Positions 1 to 14,000 are shown, numbered from the whole stretch's first letter. The stretch is DNA of 63,665 nucleotides, filler included, from Dimorphilus gyrociliatus (GCA_904063045.1; 4 parts of 4 records of this genome joined end to end with filler, not necessarily neighbours in it); one strand, 5' to 3'. The notes: generated from the letters alone by a model not told the origin. Numbers and translations are program-made.

Positions 1-103
1 AACATGCAAAAAGGATTTTTTCACACAGAACAAGATCAATAGAATTAGTAGGTCATTAAATCCAACAGGAATTTCAATGCCAACTCTCTGAAATTCCAAG
101 GTC

Positions 104-734
104 TTATTGAGCCTCTAGTTCATTTATTGCTCTTGATTCAAACAACTTTAAATCATTTGCCTATATTTTCATTGGTGTTTACCTTAATTGGAGCAAGGCA
201 TTTTAACAATGGGTAAAGTATTTTTACAACAGGTTCTGTGGCTCCACAAGTTCTAAAGGTAGTCTCTCCTATTGGTTTTATAATTGTTAGATGAAAAACA
301 TGACCTTTTTTGCCGGAATGAAGAATGTAATTTTCAGTTTTACCCCTGGAATCTCTCCAAAAAGTTCCACTACTTTCTGTAGGGTCACTCCCATCTGCCG
401 AAACGTACACAAAGCTTAGATCTGGATTCTGTTCCCACAGAACATTGGCAAACAATTTTGTTAGATCAAAGGTCATTTTGCAATAATAATCCTCATTTGC
501 CTGAAAAGTGGTAATACCAATTCAATAGAAGCAAGTATTGTAGCTGTTCAACTGTTCTTTAATGGAATCCAATTGAAACATATCTTCCAATAAAATTTCC
601 TTTACTTTGGGATGGTTAAAACCAAAGCTTTTTCGGTTTATTAGTAAAACTTCTTCTATTCTACAGTCTTTGATGCATTCCAACAATGTCCCTTTTCCCA
701 CCAAGCCAGACGATCCTGTAATCACTACTTTCAT
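104..734 (-). pseudogene. NAD(P)-binding atypical SDR/epimerase-like gene (CC3/TIP30-like, bacterial-type), disrupted
   Basis: It starts with the Rossmann motif MKVVITGSSGLVG. ORFs 522-734 and 153-476 are in the same frame, separated by one TGA (522-524) in TCFY*IG, where homologs read CFFCLG. YVSADGSDPTESSGTFWRDSRGKTEN resembles YVSGAGTDSSEKGRSMWARVKGKTEN. The C-terminal ESRAINELEAQ* is in a shifted frame ending at 104. Confidence 0.75.
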
Positions 735-1387
735 ATCTTTTTTTTAAATAGGCAAAGTGAAGAAGACTGTTTTACGATCTGTAAGAACAAATTCTGGATT
801 ATCAGAATGCCAACTACAACTGCAATGATAAATAACAGTACAAAACCAAATTTAATGTTCAGTAAATACAATTTCATACAGTTCTGATTTAAAGTTGATT
901 ACTCTGGCAAAGTGAAACCTTATTGTCCTACTTTCTGGTGTTGACCTGCACAGGCAAAAGTTGGCTGATTTTAATTCTGTTTAAAGCATATTAATCAACA
1001 TAACAATATCCATGACTTTGCACTAAAATCATGCAATTGTGATATATAAATTGCAAGGAAATAATTTCGATATTCACCCAGAATGCAAATGAAGATGGCT
1101 ACCATGGTAATCAACTTTAATGTTTGTTTACTAATTATATTAATAAGATAATTATCTTGATAATCTTGGAGGAGGATTGCAAAATATTTTATAAAAACTC
1201 AATACAGCAATATTAATTGAATTACTTACATTTTTGCCCGATAAATCAATGAATAAAGGTATTCTAAACAAGAGTATAGCAGACAGAAAAGAAACCCCTC
1301 ATGGTAACGCCATCTACAGTCTTTGAGTTGAGTTAAATCTCATGCAACCATGTATTTAGTCAAAAGTTGTTAAAATTTTTATGACAG

Positions 1388-2348
1388 TGTACTTTGTTGT
1401 ATTGTAATTGTAGGAATTTCTGCTTTTTTAGAACAGTATTTGTCTTCTTCAATCATTGATCAACTCACCAAAGTACTCAAACTAAGAGAACCTTTAAAGT
1501 TTGTCCACAAATAGTATCAATAAATGTAATTTAGGTAGAAATTAATCATCAAAATGCCAATTTATCATCCAAAGAATATGTATTGAGTAAATGAGTTTCT
1601 AGTTCTAAACAAGTAAGTTTGAACAACCAGCTAATGGTTAAAGAACTGAACTGCCAACTGCAGAAATGTATTTCTTTTTATACATTTACCAAAGCTTGGG
1701 TTCAATTGGTCAAACGATTAAAAAAGGTGAAATGTAACAGTCTCATAATACACAAGTAACAAAAATATCAAAGACTATTATATAAAACATATAGATCATA
1801 TGGGAGGGGGTGCGAACGTACCCAAAGAGGATAGAAGCATACCCTAATATATCAAAAGTTGAGCATAATATCTGTATTATTTATATTCCCTAACCCTAAA
1901 ATGGAACCCCTCCAATTATAAATCCATCCTAATTAACAAACTAACCCTCCCCTAAAATGTTATCAGGGTAGACTATATTTGCAAACAGGTATGTTTGAAC
2001 CTGACCCCAGATCATAATGATAAGGTAAACATGACATTGCCAACATCTGCCACTGCAGATGAAACCTGCCTCATCAACATCTGGTATTGTCTAAGATGTA
2101 ACAAGTTTGACATGCATTTTTCCATGTTCTTTGTTCCTTTGTTAATTTCATAATGGCTCCATCTAATATGGGCAAACAATCTATTTCCTATGAAATAGAG
2201 CTGTTTCTAAAGTTCTAGAATCTTATTCTACAAAATAAAAGCCTTTCTAAAGTTCCACCATAATAATTCCTATGAAAAGGAAATTATTCTAGAATTCCTT
2301 TAAAACATAAAGTCTATATACCATTATGTCAATATATCTAAGTGTACA
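1388..2348 (-). mobile_element. Solo-LTR-like repeat (family L2), composite/diverged copy
   Basis: It begins TGTAC and ends GTGTACA. 1388-1720 aligns with 19480-19726 (reverse complement) and 49540-49860. 1733-2348 aligns with 50190-50590. No matching TSD was seen. Confidence 0.55.
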
Positions 2349-2857
2349 TAGAGTTTTAATCTTGTTATGAGGTGACTAATTTATTTGAAAAATTATTTTT
2401 CTGGTAAAATTTAGGCTTAGGGTTATAGATAACAACAAGAATTTCAATCATGTATGTGTTGACTATTCTTTGTTGTTCAAAAAAAGGGTTGCATACTTTG
2501 CCCAAAAAGCATTGATTGCTTGTAACCCCTGTAGATGGAACCCTCCTAACCATCTTTCAATGTGAAATGTTCCTTTCAAAAATCTCACTAGGTGACATTT
2601 TTTGAGTTTTCATCTATCTCCCTCTAGTGTTAAAAACTTATAACACTATTTTCTATGGTAATAAATAAAAAAAAATAATTATGCAAAATTCTATTCATTG
2701 GTTTTAATTACTTTGAAATATAAGGTTGATAGATCATCTTCCTTTCTTTTAGAAAAAATTCTAAAATATAGAATTCAATATTAAAAAAAATAGATTCATC
2801 AGATAACTTTTCAGAATGAAAAAATATTCTTTGCTTTAATTATTTTTCATATCTAAA

Positions 2858-3253
2858 ATGATAAGAATAAAATTATTTTTCAAAATTTGGTTCATTCTAA
2901 TAAAATTTGATGTGAAAATAAATTTTGCTGCAGAAGAATTCTGTCCCAAATTGTCTTTAAATAATACAAAGAGTGATGAGAAAAATGTCTCTGTTGAAGG
3001 AATATTATCAGGACAGGTGTCACATGATGAATCAAATTATTATGTTATGTATGAAAGCATAGATATTGCAATTATGAAAGCAATTTGTAAAAACTTAGGT
3101 TATGATTATGTTTTTTCAATAAAGTCACTAAAAGTGGTTTCTGAAAATGCTAAATTCTTACGTTCACACCCTATTTTTTGTACTTGTTTTTTTATTGAAT
3201 TTTTGAATAAAAGATTTAGCTATAAATCTAAAAGTATGTATTTAAAATACTAA
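2858..3253 (+). CDS. Hypothetical ORF convergent with MULE transposase
   Basis: A 131-aa ORF ending 40 bp from the MULE stop codon; no recognisable domain. Confidence 0.2.
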   Translation: MIRIKLFFKIWFILIKFDVKINFAAEEFCPKLSLNNTKSDEKNVSVEGILSGQVSHDESNYYVMYESIDIAIMKAICKNLGYDYVFSIKSLKVVSENAKFLRSHPIFCTCFFIEFLNKRFSYKSKSMYLKY

Positions 3254-3292
3254 ATATTATACTAAAAAACAATAAAGCTTGACAAATGATAT

Positions 3293-5192
3293 TTATGGTG
3301 GAGAGTAGATATGGGATGTCTGCATTAATAAATCAATTGGTGTCAATTTGTTCAACTTGAAATCATCCCACAAATCAAAAATTTTCTTTTGGATGTCAAT
3401 ATACTTTTTCCTTTGATGTTTGTAAATCCTTTTTTCTGACAGTAATTTCTCATAAACTGCAATCAACTCAGACTCTTTTTTTAGCTCATCAACCAGCATG
3501 TAAAAAGACCCTTTAGCAGGTAGCTTATTGTTCATTCTTTGATGCCATCCTTCACAATCATTATTGGTCCTGATAGACAAACCAAAAACTGACCAATTAT
3601 TTGGTTTCCATAATTTATTTATGATCCAGTTTGTTTGGAAGTATTGCAGCAGGTCCAAAAATTTATTTTTTTCACAAAGTTCTGCATTTATTCTGTTAAA
3701 TGTTGGTTCAATAATATGTGCTGGCAAGAAAGGCAGAGCCATCAATTTTCTGAAATCTTTCCAATCATTTCCTTTTTCTTTGTATTTCTTTACATAGCCA
3801 AGAGCCTATTGAATCACATAAGTTATTCAATACATAAAGTTATATATATTTGAATGTAACTGACTTGTATTTTCCTATACACTGCTTGTGTGAAATGAAA
3901 TACACAGCCTTGAAATTCAGTGAGGGGATATACTTTTGATAATGCTTTCCATAGTCCTTTTTCAAAATCCATTGTAATTCTTTTTGGATGAAAATCATTG
4001 ATAAGATTGTTGATATGCTACAAAAGAGCAACTTTATTTATCATCACTTTTGAAGAGATAAGATGAAGTATTTACATGAAATGCTTGTAAGTATGCTTTG
4101 GTATGCTTTGAAGTCAGGAAAATAAAAACAAGAGGAACTTGCTTCATATCACCACTCTTCTTAACAAATGAGTGAATACTGACAAGTTGATAAAATGGAT
4201 CTTTTACAATCTTGAAAGTACCATCAATGTACCAACAGTTGCATTTTGATAATAAATTCAGCTGATGGTTTGTTGCAAAGATTAAAATTTTTTCTCCATT
4301 TTCACAAATATCTTTCTGCAAAAATTCATCAGGCAAAAATGTTTCATCTAAATTAAAATTATACACTTTAGGTTCCACTGGCCTAAACTTTTGTCTATTT
4401 CAGTTTGCCATTCTCTTTAGATTGTTGGTGTAAGGAAGACCAGTATCATTGGATTCATAGGATAGAGGAGATTTTTCAGCAATGCTTCTTCCAGATGTTT
4501 TATTATCACTTCAGCAAACAATTTTAAAATCTGTTTTCACTTTAATATCCACTTCTAAATTCTTTTTCTGTTGTGGTTATGTTCCAGATTCACTCTGAGA
4601 AATATATTTCCATTTTGTCTTATTCTGGCCACACATCTTTTCTTCTTACTTCTCACACTGTACAACCAAATAGTACTTGATGGTGTTTTATGTTTAACAA
4701 CAAAAGAATATCCATCATTCAGTAAAATGTCATGTCCCTTTCTACTTCCTCCTTTTGCAATCTCAAAATCACTTTTTGTGGATGATTCACATTATTCTTC
4801 AGCATTCTCCTCAACTTCCTCCAAAGAGTCTAGGTCCATTGATTGGCATTCTGAAAGAACATGATTTTCATCCTACAATATTGATTCTTTAACTGCAGCC
4901 ATCTTATTTCTTTCATCAATGAAGCTTTCTTCAGAATTTACTTTGAATTCATGAATTTCCAGATTAGTTAACTTCTTGGGCAAGACAGTACATTTTCTTT
5001 TGTTACAAGGTTTGCAAATTGGTATGTTAGCTGTTTCTATATGAATGTGTTAAAAATATAATTACATGAAAGCTGATTAAAGAGTTATATACCTGTGCAT
5101 TTCCTATGAATAAGATTCTTACAAAGGCTGCATTTTAAATATTTTTGACGTCCAAAAATTGTTGAATGACAATTGTGACATTTGAAAACCAT
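3293..5192 (-). pseudogene. MULE (Mutator/Phantom-like) transposase with PHD and FLYWCH domains and spliceosomal introns (MULE1)
   Basis: PHD CHNC..CSLC..HRKC/intron/CKPC. FLYWCH-like GHDILLNDGYSF...W...HNH. Catalytic motifs YIDGTF, MDFE, GCVFHF and RTNNDCEGWH. GT-AG introns 4018-4075 and 3806-3864 splice in frame. In-frame TGAs occur (e.g. 4400-4402). Confidence 0.85.
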
Positions 5193-6477
5193 TTTATAAT
5201 CTCCAATCAAATGTAGATGGTTATCTAAAAAAATTTCCAGTTATCAATAAATCTCCTTTCCAAATATTCAAAATGGCTGAAATTTTATTTATGAAAAATA
5301 TTGAGCTTTTTCACAATTGAAGATGATACATTAAATCAAAATATCATGCATCAACAATCTCAATGATAGGTTATAGATACTTACTTCTGTTGAAGCTTCC
5401 AAGAAGAATTTTGTCCAAATTTATTCAGAAAATATAGCATTACCTTTGCAAGCATAAATATTCCAAGTGAAAGTTTATTTAATAAAACTACCACTATTAT
5501 AATGGCTGCTATTTCACTTTCAATAACATTTTCTTTTTAAATAGTAATTAATATTAATGAGTTGGGATATGTATTCTATTTAATATCTGCATTCTATCTA
5601 ATCAATATATTAACAAATATATCATGAAGGAAAAGAAGGAAAACAGAGTGTTAATGTACATGTTTATTCAAAAATTCAAAAATAAAATAAATATAAAAAT
5701 AGGGTGCGTTGCACCCAACCCCTTTCCAATATGCCAAATAAAATGCTAAATATATGAAATGCTAAATACATGAAACCAAATTCTGTAAAATTCTGCTTTG
5801 AATGTATAAAAAAATTAATAAACTAAAACAAGGAACATGTTTAATTTTGTTAGATGGATTATACTCCATTTGCTCATCTATTTAAATCAGAAAATAACAG
5901 TTGTACAATCAAAGATCCAGCTAAAGATTCCACTATTGAGGGAAATAGTAAAGAGCCAATAAAAAACAAGGTCAGATGCAAATGTACCCCAGATGACTGA
6001 TATAGTTGAAGAATCAACATTGGAAGGTGAAAATCATGTTCATTCAGAGTTCCAATCAATATACCTGGACTATTTGAAGAAAGTTGAGAATGCTTAAGAA
6101 TATAGTGAATCATTCCACTACATATAAACACATTTATACATCTATAACCAAATCATTTATTCAAAAAATCAATAATAAAATAAAGGAAAAATAAGGTATG
6201 AATGTACCCAGGTATGTTTGCACCCACCTAGGGGTATGTTTACACCTGGGTACATTTGCACCCAGGTACATTCACACCCCAACTCATAAAAACACTGTAG
6301 AGAAGTTCAGATTCTGACTGGGGAACAGCCATTACCATAAGTTTATCTGATGAAGAAGCTGGCACTGTAAAGTACTCAGACAAAGATTCAGTATTTGTTA
6401 TAAATTCAAATGAAGAAGGAAATGTTATAAGCATTATTAAAAACTTATCTGAGGGGATACTGAAAACACATCAGAAG

Positions 6478-9192
6478 ATGGATTTAGCAAGTGCATTTCA
6501 TTGGATGTGACAGAAAACGTCCATGGACTGACAGAAAACATCCATGAATGAACAGAATATGTTGTTATAAAAAAATAAAAAACTAAAAAAATTGGCAAAA
6601 TTAAAAAATATAAATAATTATAAATAAAGTACATAGAGAATAATAATAAAAGTATATAAAAAAATTTTTTATTTAAAAACTGGTGGATAAAATGTACTGC
6701 TCAAGTATTCTAACAATTCAAATTTACCAAACATAGGTAATTGTAGAGAAGTGGCAAACTGGAATTTTTAAAAAAGGATGTAAATTTGAATAATGAGAGG
6801 ATCATTATCTTTGCTACAAATCATCAATTGGAGCTATTATCAAAGGGGAAAATTTGGTACCTGGATGGTACCTTTAAAATTGCCAATGAACCTTTTGTTC
6901 AAATGTATTCCATTCATGCATTTTTGAAAAAAAATGGACAGCTGAAACAGGTTCCACTGCTGTTTTATTTTCTGTTTTCTAAAAAGAAAAAAGCATATAA
7001 ACTACTTTTTCAGGTAAGAATTCAAATTTGTAAATACATTAATGATACAAAAGTATACTATATGCTAAAGGCTATGAAAGACTTGGCAGAAAATTGCTCT
7101 CCCAAGAAAATAGTCTTAGACTATGAAAAGGCTGTTTGGAAAACTCTACAAAATTAATGGCCTGAAGCTCTTGACTGAATGTTCATTTCATTGGACTGAA
7201 GCACTGTTTAGAAAAATACAGGTTCAATAATTTGTAGAGATGTTCAACTTTTAAATGAATATATGTTTTGTTTCAGGATCTTGGTTACAGTAGGGACTTC
7301 AGAAAAAAAGAGGAGCTTGGGAATACATGAAAATGATTATGGCTTTGCCATATCTGCCACACACATTGATTGAGAACCAATTCAATAAAATTAAAAATGA
7401 ACTGGAGAAAGAAAATAGACTTACTGATTTGTTGGAGTATGTGTCCAATACATGGATAAACAATTCATTTTGGCCTCCAGAGACTTGGTCTGTTTTTGAC
7501 CAAAGTATCAGAACAAATAATGATCTGGAAGGTTATCATCAGAGGCTTAATAAAATTGTTGGAAAAAATGTTTCTTTCTATTTAGTTATAGATGAACTGA
7601 AGAGGGAGGCAGACCTGATCAATCTCTACAAAAAGTTGTTAAGTGAAAGAAAAATAATTAGACTTCAGAAGAAGATTTATACTCAAATTCAAAAAGATAT
7701 TTTCTCAATTTGGGAAGATTTTAAAAAAGGTGAAATTAATGCCAAACAGCTCCTGCAATTGTGCTCAGAATTGTATTATTGAAAACATATTGACAATTAT
7801 TTGTTAACAATAAAACTTGATTTGAAAACACATAAGAATTTTAGTTAGTTTTCTAGTTGTTTAGAGACAAAGACTCAGAATACTGAAGAGTATAGTTTAA
7901 GCATGACTACAACTTATTAAAACATATGCATTTCCTGGACATTATCTGTCCTTTCATGGAAGTTTTCTGTTGGTCCATGGATGTTTTCTGTCATTCTATT
8001 GGGAATTTCAATTCTTAAAAAATTAAGCAAAAAAAATATGCTACATAGTATGTTATTTGAATAATTAGTTATATATATAACATATCCCATTATCAAACTT
8101 TATTGTTTTTCAACATTTATTTAAATTTTAATGCAATTTTTTTTATGGATGTTTTCTGTCAACCCCCATTTCATCATATCCCAATTAAGGAAGAGGATAA
8201 AGAAAAAACTGCTTTTACTACACCACTTGGCTTACTTAAATTCAACCTTTAGAAAATGCACCTTCACATTTTAGTTGTAGTGTGTTAAATTTTGTTATTA
8301 ATGGATTGGAAAATTTCTGAATAAACTCTATGGATGACATCATTGTTTTTACCAAAACATTGGAAGAATACTACACAGCTTTAAAGAAACTAATGGAAAA
8401 AATTAAAGAAAAAGATTCCAGAATCAAACTGAGCAAATATGCATTCTTACAAGAATCAGTACAATTATTTGATCATAGAATTACACAAAATTGCATTGAA
8501 ACTGATCGTGAAAACACTCAGAAAATAAAAGATGCTGAGTTACCAATGTTCTTTTTTGAGCTTTGTAGTTTTTTGTGGCTATTATAAAAGATTTGTCAAA
8601 GTATTTCACAAAAATTACAAAACTTTTGAGAGAATTATTAAGGTACATCAAAAGAATGAAAAATATTGAAATAAAGAAGCAGAGGAGGCTTATTAGTTAC
8701 TGAAGAAATCAATGACAGAACTACTCATATTTCAACTACCTGATTTTACTAGATCATTCTAACTAACAACAGATGCTTCTATTTATGCAGTGGGTGTGGT
8801 TCTAGAGCAACGATGGGAAGAAGAAAGAAAGAAAATAAGAAAACCAATTTCTTATTCTTCAAAACTCCTTATCAACACTCAATTAAGATATGCAGCTTAT
8901 CAGAAAGAAGTCTTTACTGTATACTGGGCATTAAAAAAATTCTCTAACTGTCAAAAGTTTAAATATTTTTTTCTTTACACTAATAACCAAAATTTGATAC
9001 AAACATTATTATTAGAGTTACATTCTTACCATGACTAGCATTCCAAAAGAAAATGGAACAAAACTGCCTTGAGAAAGTTATGAAAATACCTAGATAACAG
9101 CCCATAATAGATCTATACCTTGTACATTAATACCTTATGCACTGAAAACTTTTATAATGAATCATAGACATTGGCTTTCATTCTTTTAGCAG
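6478..9192 (+). mobile_element. Ty3/Gypsy pol remnant (RT + RNase H), interrupted by MULE2
   Basis: Removing 6503-8166 and one TSD copy joins MDLASAFH to HIPIKEEDKEKTAFTTPLG. MDDIIVF (RT) and TDASIYAVGVVLEQ...ISYSSK...YAAYQKE (RNase H) follow, with several frameshifts. Confidence 0.85.
6503..8166 (+). mobile_element. MULE2: internally deleted MULE element with sub-repeated TIRs
   Basis: The 9-bp TSD is CATTTCATT (6494-6502) / CATTTCATC (8167-8175). Ends carry GACAGAAAACGTCCATGG and its inverse. Motifs LDGTF, LDYE and RTNNDLEGYH are present. Introns are at 7014-7070 and 7222-7276. Confidence 0.85.
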
Positions 9193-9201
9193 GCAACTAA
9201 T

Positions 9202-12200
9202 GGTTTATGGAGAAAATGTCCACAAGAGAAAACGTCCACAGGAGAAAATGTCCACAGAGGAAAATATCCACAGGAGAAATGTCCACAGTGGAAAAAGTCT
9301 ATAGGGGAAAATGGCCAAGGAAATTAAAATTAATAATGTATGTACATTGTAGTGATAATAAAAATTATGCAATGTCAGGTTCTCCATTTTATTGAGGAAC
9401 TATTTCCTGTTTATGATTTTCTGTTTTTGTTCCATACAAAGGAGAGTTTGATTCAAATATTATCTGAAAAGGATATTTCACAAGTACAACACAATATCAA
9501 AAAAATTCAATACACCAGAATATCTCTTGATAATTCTTTTAAATTGAATCAGTTTAAGGTAAAACTTTAATTAATAAAATCTCTTTTAAAATATTTGAGC
9601 AGCCATTTTGGGGTAACTTTCTCTTTTTACTGATAGATAATGGCATATTGCTACAATTGTAACGAGAAAATGGTTGGAAGACAGCATAAAGCAAATTGTC
9701 AACTATGTCACCATTGGGTAATAATTCACAAGAAATGCATGAAAAGTAGGTTAAATTCAATTTTATAGCATATATCATTTTTTTAAATGATTGTATTAAC
9801 AGAAAATCATCTCTTTCTTTGCAATATTTGTGAAGATATTTCTAAGAGAACATGTTTGGTCACCTTACAACAGCTGTCTACTAGTCAAATCAAAACAGTG
9901 AACTCTGAAGTGGAAAAGGAAGTAGAGATGACATATGAAGTTCAAAATACTATGAATGATGTTGTTGGTAATGGTCCAGATATTTATGAAAATGAAAAAG
10001 AAAGTGATAGAAATATGAGAACAGATGTTGATGATAATGATGTTATTGTTGAAAACAACAGCAGATCTAATGATTGTGTGTAACATTGAAATCACAACAG
10101 AAAATCATTCACAGGATTCAAATAATTTGATGGAAACTTCTTTCATAAATTCTCCAACATCAAAAAGAGTAGATATGGAGCCAACTTTCAAAATTCTGAA
10201 AGGAATGAGTCAAAAAGGTAAAGACCTATTAGCCTATTGTACAACTTTGGTTATATTTTACATGCTTGAACTCTATTATTTTATGCAACATATACATGTA
10301 CATCTTAAAACCTATGCAAGAAAATGCTATAACATTGGCCAAACATAAGTCTGATTAGTCAGCTTGAAGGCTCATCTTTAATTACCAATAAAGGTTTGGC
10401 CAAGTTATAATTTAATTAACTTGCCTAGGGTGTGGCCAAGTTATAATTCAATTAACCTTCCTAAATGTTCAACCTTGTAACATCCTGTTACTAAAGATAA
10501 ATATGAACTACACATTTTGGCAACTGTAAAGTGATGATTGGATGTCAGAGACAAACCTCAAAGTATATAAATCCTCATTATTCTCATTTGGCATGCAGCT
10601 TCCATCTGGACCCAAGGACCTGGGAAAATCATCTGGAAACAACCTCCACTGGAACCATCCATCTACTCCTCAACATTGGAAGACAGTTTGGTAATTTGGC
10701 AACCTGCTATTACAAACTATCTACTCTGCTATCGAACTCTCATATTGTTACTTGCTTAAGTATTATTATTGCAAATAAACCGTTTTAATTTAAACATTTG
10801 TTTAAAGGTTCGAGTAGAACCAGTATTGTTATAACTTGCAAACGCATAGATTTTGCCAGCAAGAGCAGTACACTATGATGGTTATATGTTTACAATAAAG
10901 ATGAAAAGGTCAACAAAAACATTTTGGACATGTAGTGTAAGGAATAAGAACAACAAATGCCCAGCAAGTGTCAATCAATTGGAAGATCAATTCTATCCTG
11001 GAAAAAAACCCCATTCCCATAAAAGAGAAGATGGACTGGAAAAGAAAATTTTAATTAAAAAAGAAATTAAACAATTGTGTGAAATTGAAACTTTCTCTTC
11101 TGGAAAACTCTTAGCTGAGGAAGTATTAAAACATCATTGTGATTGTGAAGAAGCTATTCCATCAATGGATAACTGTGCCAGGTTGGCAAATTGGACAAAA
11201 AGAAGATTTCAGCCAGAAGAGCTGGCAGATATTCACTCAAATTTTGAAATATCATTTATACCAGATGAGTTTCTGGTAAAAGATATTAAAATGAAAGATG
11301 ACAGAATAATAATTTTGTCAACTCCAAAACAAATTGAAATACTGTCTAAAGGAAAGATATGGTTTTTGGATGGAACATTTAAATGTGTCAGAGACCCATT
11401 TTATTGATTGTTCACAGTTCATGGGTTCATCAAGAAACATGGAGAAATTAAACAAGTTCCATTACTGTTTGCAGTAAAGGTGCTGACCAATCAACATTTC
11501 CCAATGAAATTTGTGGTGGATTTTGAAAAAGGTATCTGGAGAGCATTGTCATCTGTTTATCCTGAGGTTATAATTAAAGGATGTGTCTTTCACTGGACCT
11601 AATCTGAATATAGGAAAATTTTATCATCATCTGTTGCAATAAAATTAAGAAATGTAATAATTTTAAGAATTGGGCTACTCTTGTGAATATAAGGCAAAAG
11701 GAGAGTGTTACCACGCAATGAAAAAAATAATGGCATTACCATTTTTGCCATCAAACATTATTGAAAATGCATTCAAAAACATTGAACAGACAACCTCAAC
11801 TCATTTAGGACCATTTATTGATTACATCAAGAACCAGTGGCTATATAGATATTACCCACCACATACCTGGTCAATATATGGTGAAGCAATCAGAACCAAC
11901 AATGACCTGGAAGGATGGCACAATAGATTAAACAGGAATATCCATGCCAATTCTCCATTGTATGTTATCATTGATGAATTAAAGAGAGAAGCAGAGTTGA
12001 TTACATTGTACAAGAAATTATTAAGTGAGAAAAAGATATGTAGACAACAGAGAAAGCATTATCAGAAAATTCAAAGTCAGATCTTTGGCTTATGGGAGCA
12101 ATTTGAGGTCAGATTAATATCTGCAATCAGATTTATTGGAAAAGGCAGCCAGCATTTATATTGCATCATAACTCATTCATTTAGCTTGTTACCATGTTAT

Positions 12201-12442
12201 AAACCTAGTCTTTTATAATTTTTTTGCAGTTTGTTTTGTAGTTTTTAGTTTTTGTTTTCAACATATCATAATATCATAAATACAAATTATATATTTATTC
12301 TCTCAATTTTCCTCAGTTATGGATGTTTTCTCCTGTGGACATTTTTTTCTTGTGGATGTTTTCTCCTGTGGATGTTTTCTCTTGTGGATGTTTTCTCCTC
12401 AGTTGTGGACATTTTCTCTTGTGGATGTTTTCTCCTGCACCC
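9202..12442 (+). mobile_element. MULE3: full-length Phantom-like MULE element with foldback-type tandem-repeat ends
   Basis: Exact 9-bp TSD GCAACTAAT (9193-9201, 12443-12451). Arrays of GGAGAAAA(C/T)(G/A)TCCAC lie at 9208-9300, inverted at 12305-12442. ATG at 9640, PHD (CYNC..CQLC..HKKC / CNIC), FLYWCH (YDGY..W.C..C..HSH), then DGTF, DFE, CVFH and RTNNDLEGWH, with stops. Confidence 0.9.
10238..10872 (+). mobile_element. Solo LTR (family L1), 635 bp, inserted in the MULE3 transposase
   Basis: Ends are TGTAC...GTACA with a 4-bp TSD CTAT (10234-10237, 10873-10876). Excision restores GKDLLAYDGY. An AATAAA lies near the 3' end. Related copies occur at 23497-23655 and ~48585-48968. Confidence 0.9.
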
Positions 12443-13378
12443 GCAACTAATGACCCAACCAATCAACTTTCATATCATTATTTCAAAGTTTATTATTTGT
12501 TCAACAGTTTGGTTTGATGATGGCTATTAAGAATAAAAAATGATTCCCTTTAACTTGTTTTCAAGAAAAAATTGAATTGTTATTATTGAATAAGACTAAG
12601 AGTTTGACAGAGCACTGAAGCAGCAAGGAGCTCAGACATAGAGAAAATTGGTAGAACTCACCCTAACCCTAAATTATGAGTTTTTTTTAAATCTTGACAA
12701 AATGCCTGAATTTAAATTGTCCATTACACCTGAACAAGCTACTCCTCCAATTAACAATCATACAACAATGTCAAATTATCCATTGAGATATCTGTTAGAA
12801 AAAACTGAAGCAACTGAATCTTTTAAAGAATAACTAGAAATATTTTATGGTGAAAAATTTTTTGGAGTTTTTTAAAGTATTGAAGGTGATATGGGTGTAA
12901 TGGATGTTGTTGACAATAGTTTTATGATTATACCCCAAGCCTAACCCAACTATGTGCATACTTTAAAGGGTTTTATTGTTCTTAACCCTTAGTTTTAACC
13001 ACCTAATTACAAAAGAATTGCTTGAATATTTGTCCTATCCCATTCCCAGCCCAAAGCCTCACCTCACATAGACATTAAAATGAGCATTTTCAAAAGCCTT
13101 AGGTTTAACATTCACTTACTAACAATAAAGATAAACTAGACAATTTTCAAACTGCAAGGCAATGGAATGTAACTAGAGTATTACCCTTAAATCTTATTGC
13201 CATAACACTAGTTTTTTAATAATAAGGCTATTGTTATGAAATGTTATAAAATGGAGAGGTTTTAATTATCTAATTAATATTCAAAAAAAGACCTTTTATG
13301 TATAGAAGACCTGATGAGTAAAATTTATAGCTGGTATATTGAGTTTTTAAAAAACAACTTCTGCTTTTTAAAACATAA

Positions 13379-14000
13379 TCAATAGCTCTGAAAAGAAATG
13401 TTATATAAAAGGCATTGATTATGATGTAAAAGATTAATTACTGACTTGCAACCAGAATACAAATTACATTCAGTTAGACATTCATGAAGTGTTACTGCTT
13501 TATAATCTAAATTCCATAGAGGAGAATGAAATGGTGGGTCTGAAACAACTACTTTATTCTCCCAAATATGATAAAAGTTGTTCAGTGATTGAGGTTGTGT
13601 ATCTTTTACAAATAATACAAAGTCAACTTTATGTATCTTGCCTGAATATACACTCTTTAAATGGCAAATTTCTTGCATCATTGAATAATCAATTGCTCTG
13701 AAAAATGCAAAATATAGTTATTAAGTTGTGTTTCTTGAACAATTTTACTTACTTGCATTCTTCATACAGTTTACATACTTCAAAGCATTCCTCAATTGAT
13801 ATACTTTTATAATCACCTCCACCCCATATAGGAACATTGAATGCTATGTTAGGTTCAACAACCTCATTCTCATACTGTTTAAAACCAAGAAGGTTTTGTT
13901 CAGTAAAGTTTTCAAAATATATAATGAGATAGAAAAAACTTTGAAATAACACTTTCATTCTTCCTTGAATGAAATGCAGCAGCAAAATAACCTTTAGCAC
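13379..14000 (-). CDS. Secreted protein with tandem PAN/apple-like Cys motifs (multi-exon, possibly degenerate)
   Basis: A hydrophobic N-terminus (MKVLFQSFFYLIIYF) precedes SIEECFEVCKLYEECK and then a GTAAGT donor. A second module reads TLHECLTECNLYSGCKSV...NQCLLY (CxxxC..C..C pattern). Confidence 0.5.

Noticed and set aside
9208-12442. Tandem GGAGAAAATGTCCAC arrays as CRISPR, and ORFs 9205-9395 and 12252-12530 as genes
   Set aside because: There are no unique spacers and no cas genes. The arrays are the inverted ends of MULE3, and the ORFs are translations of the repeats.
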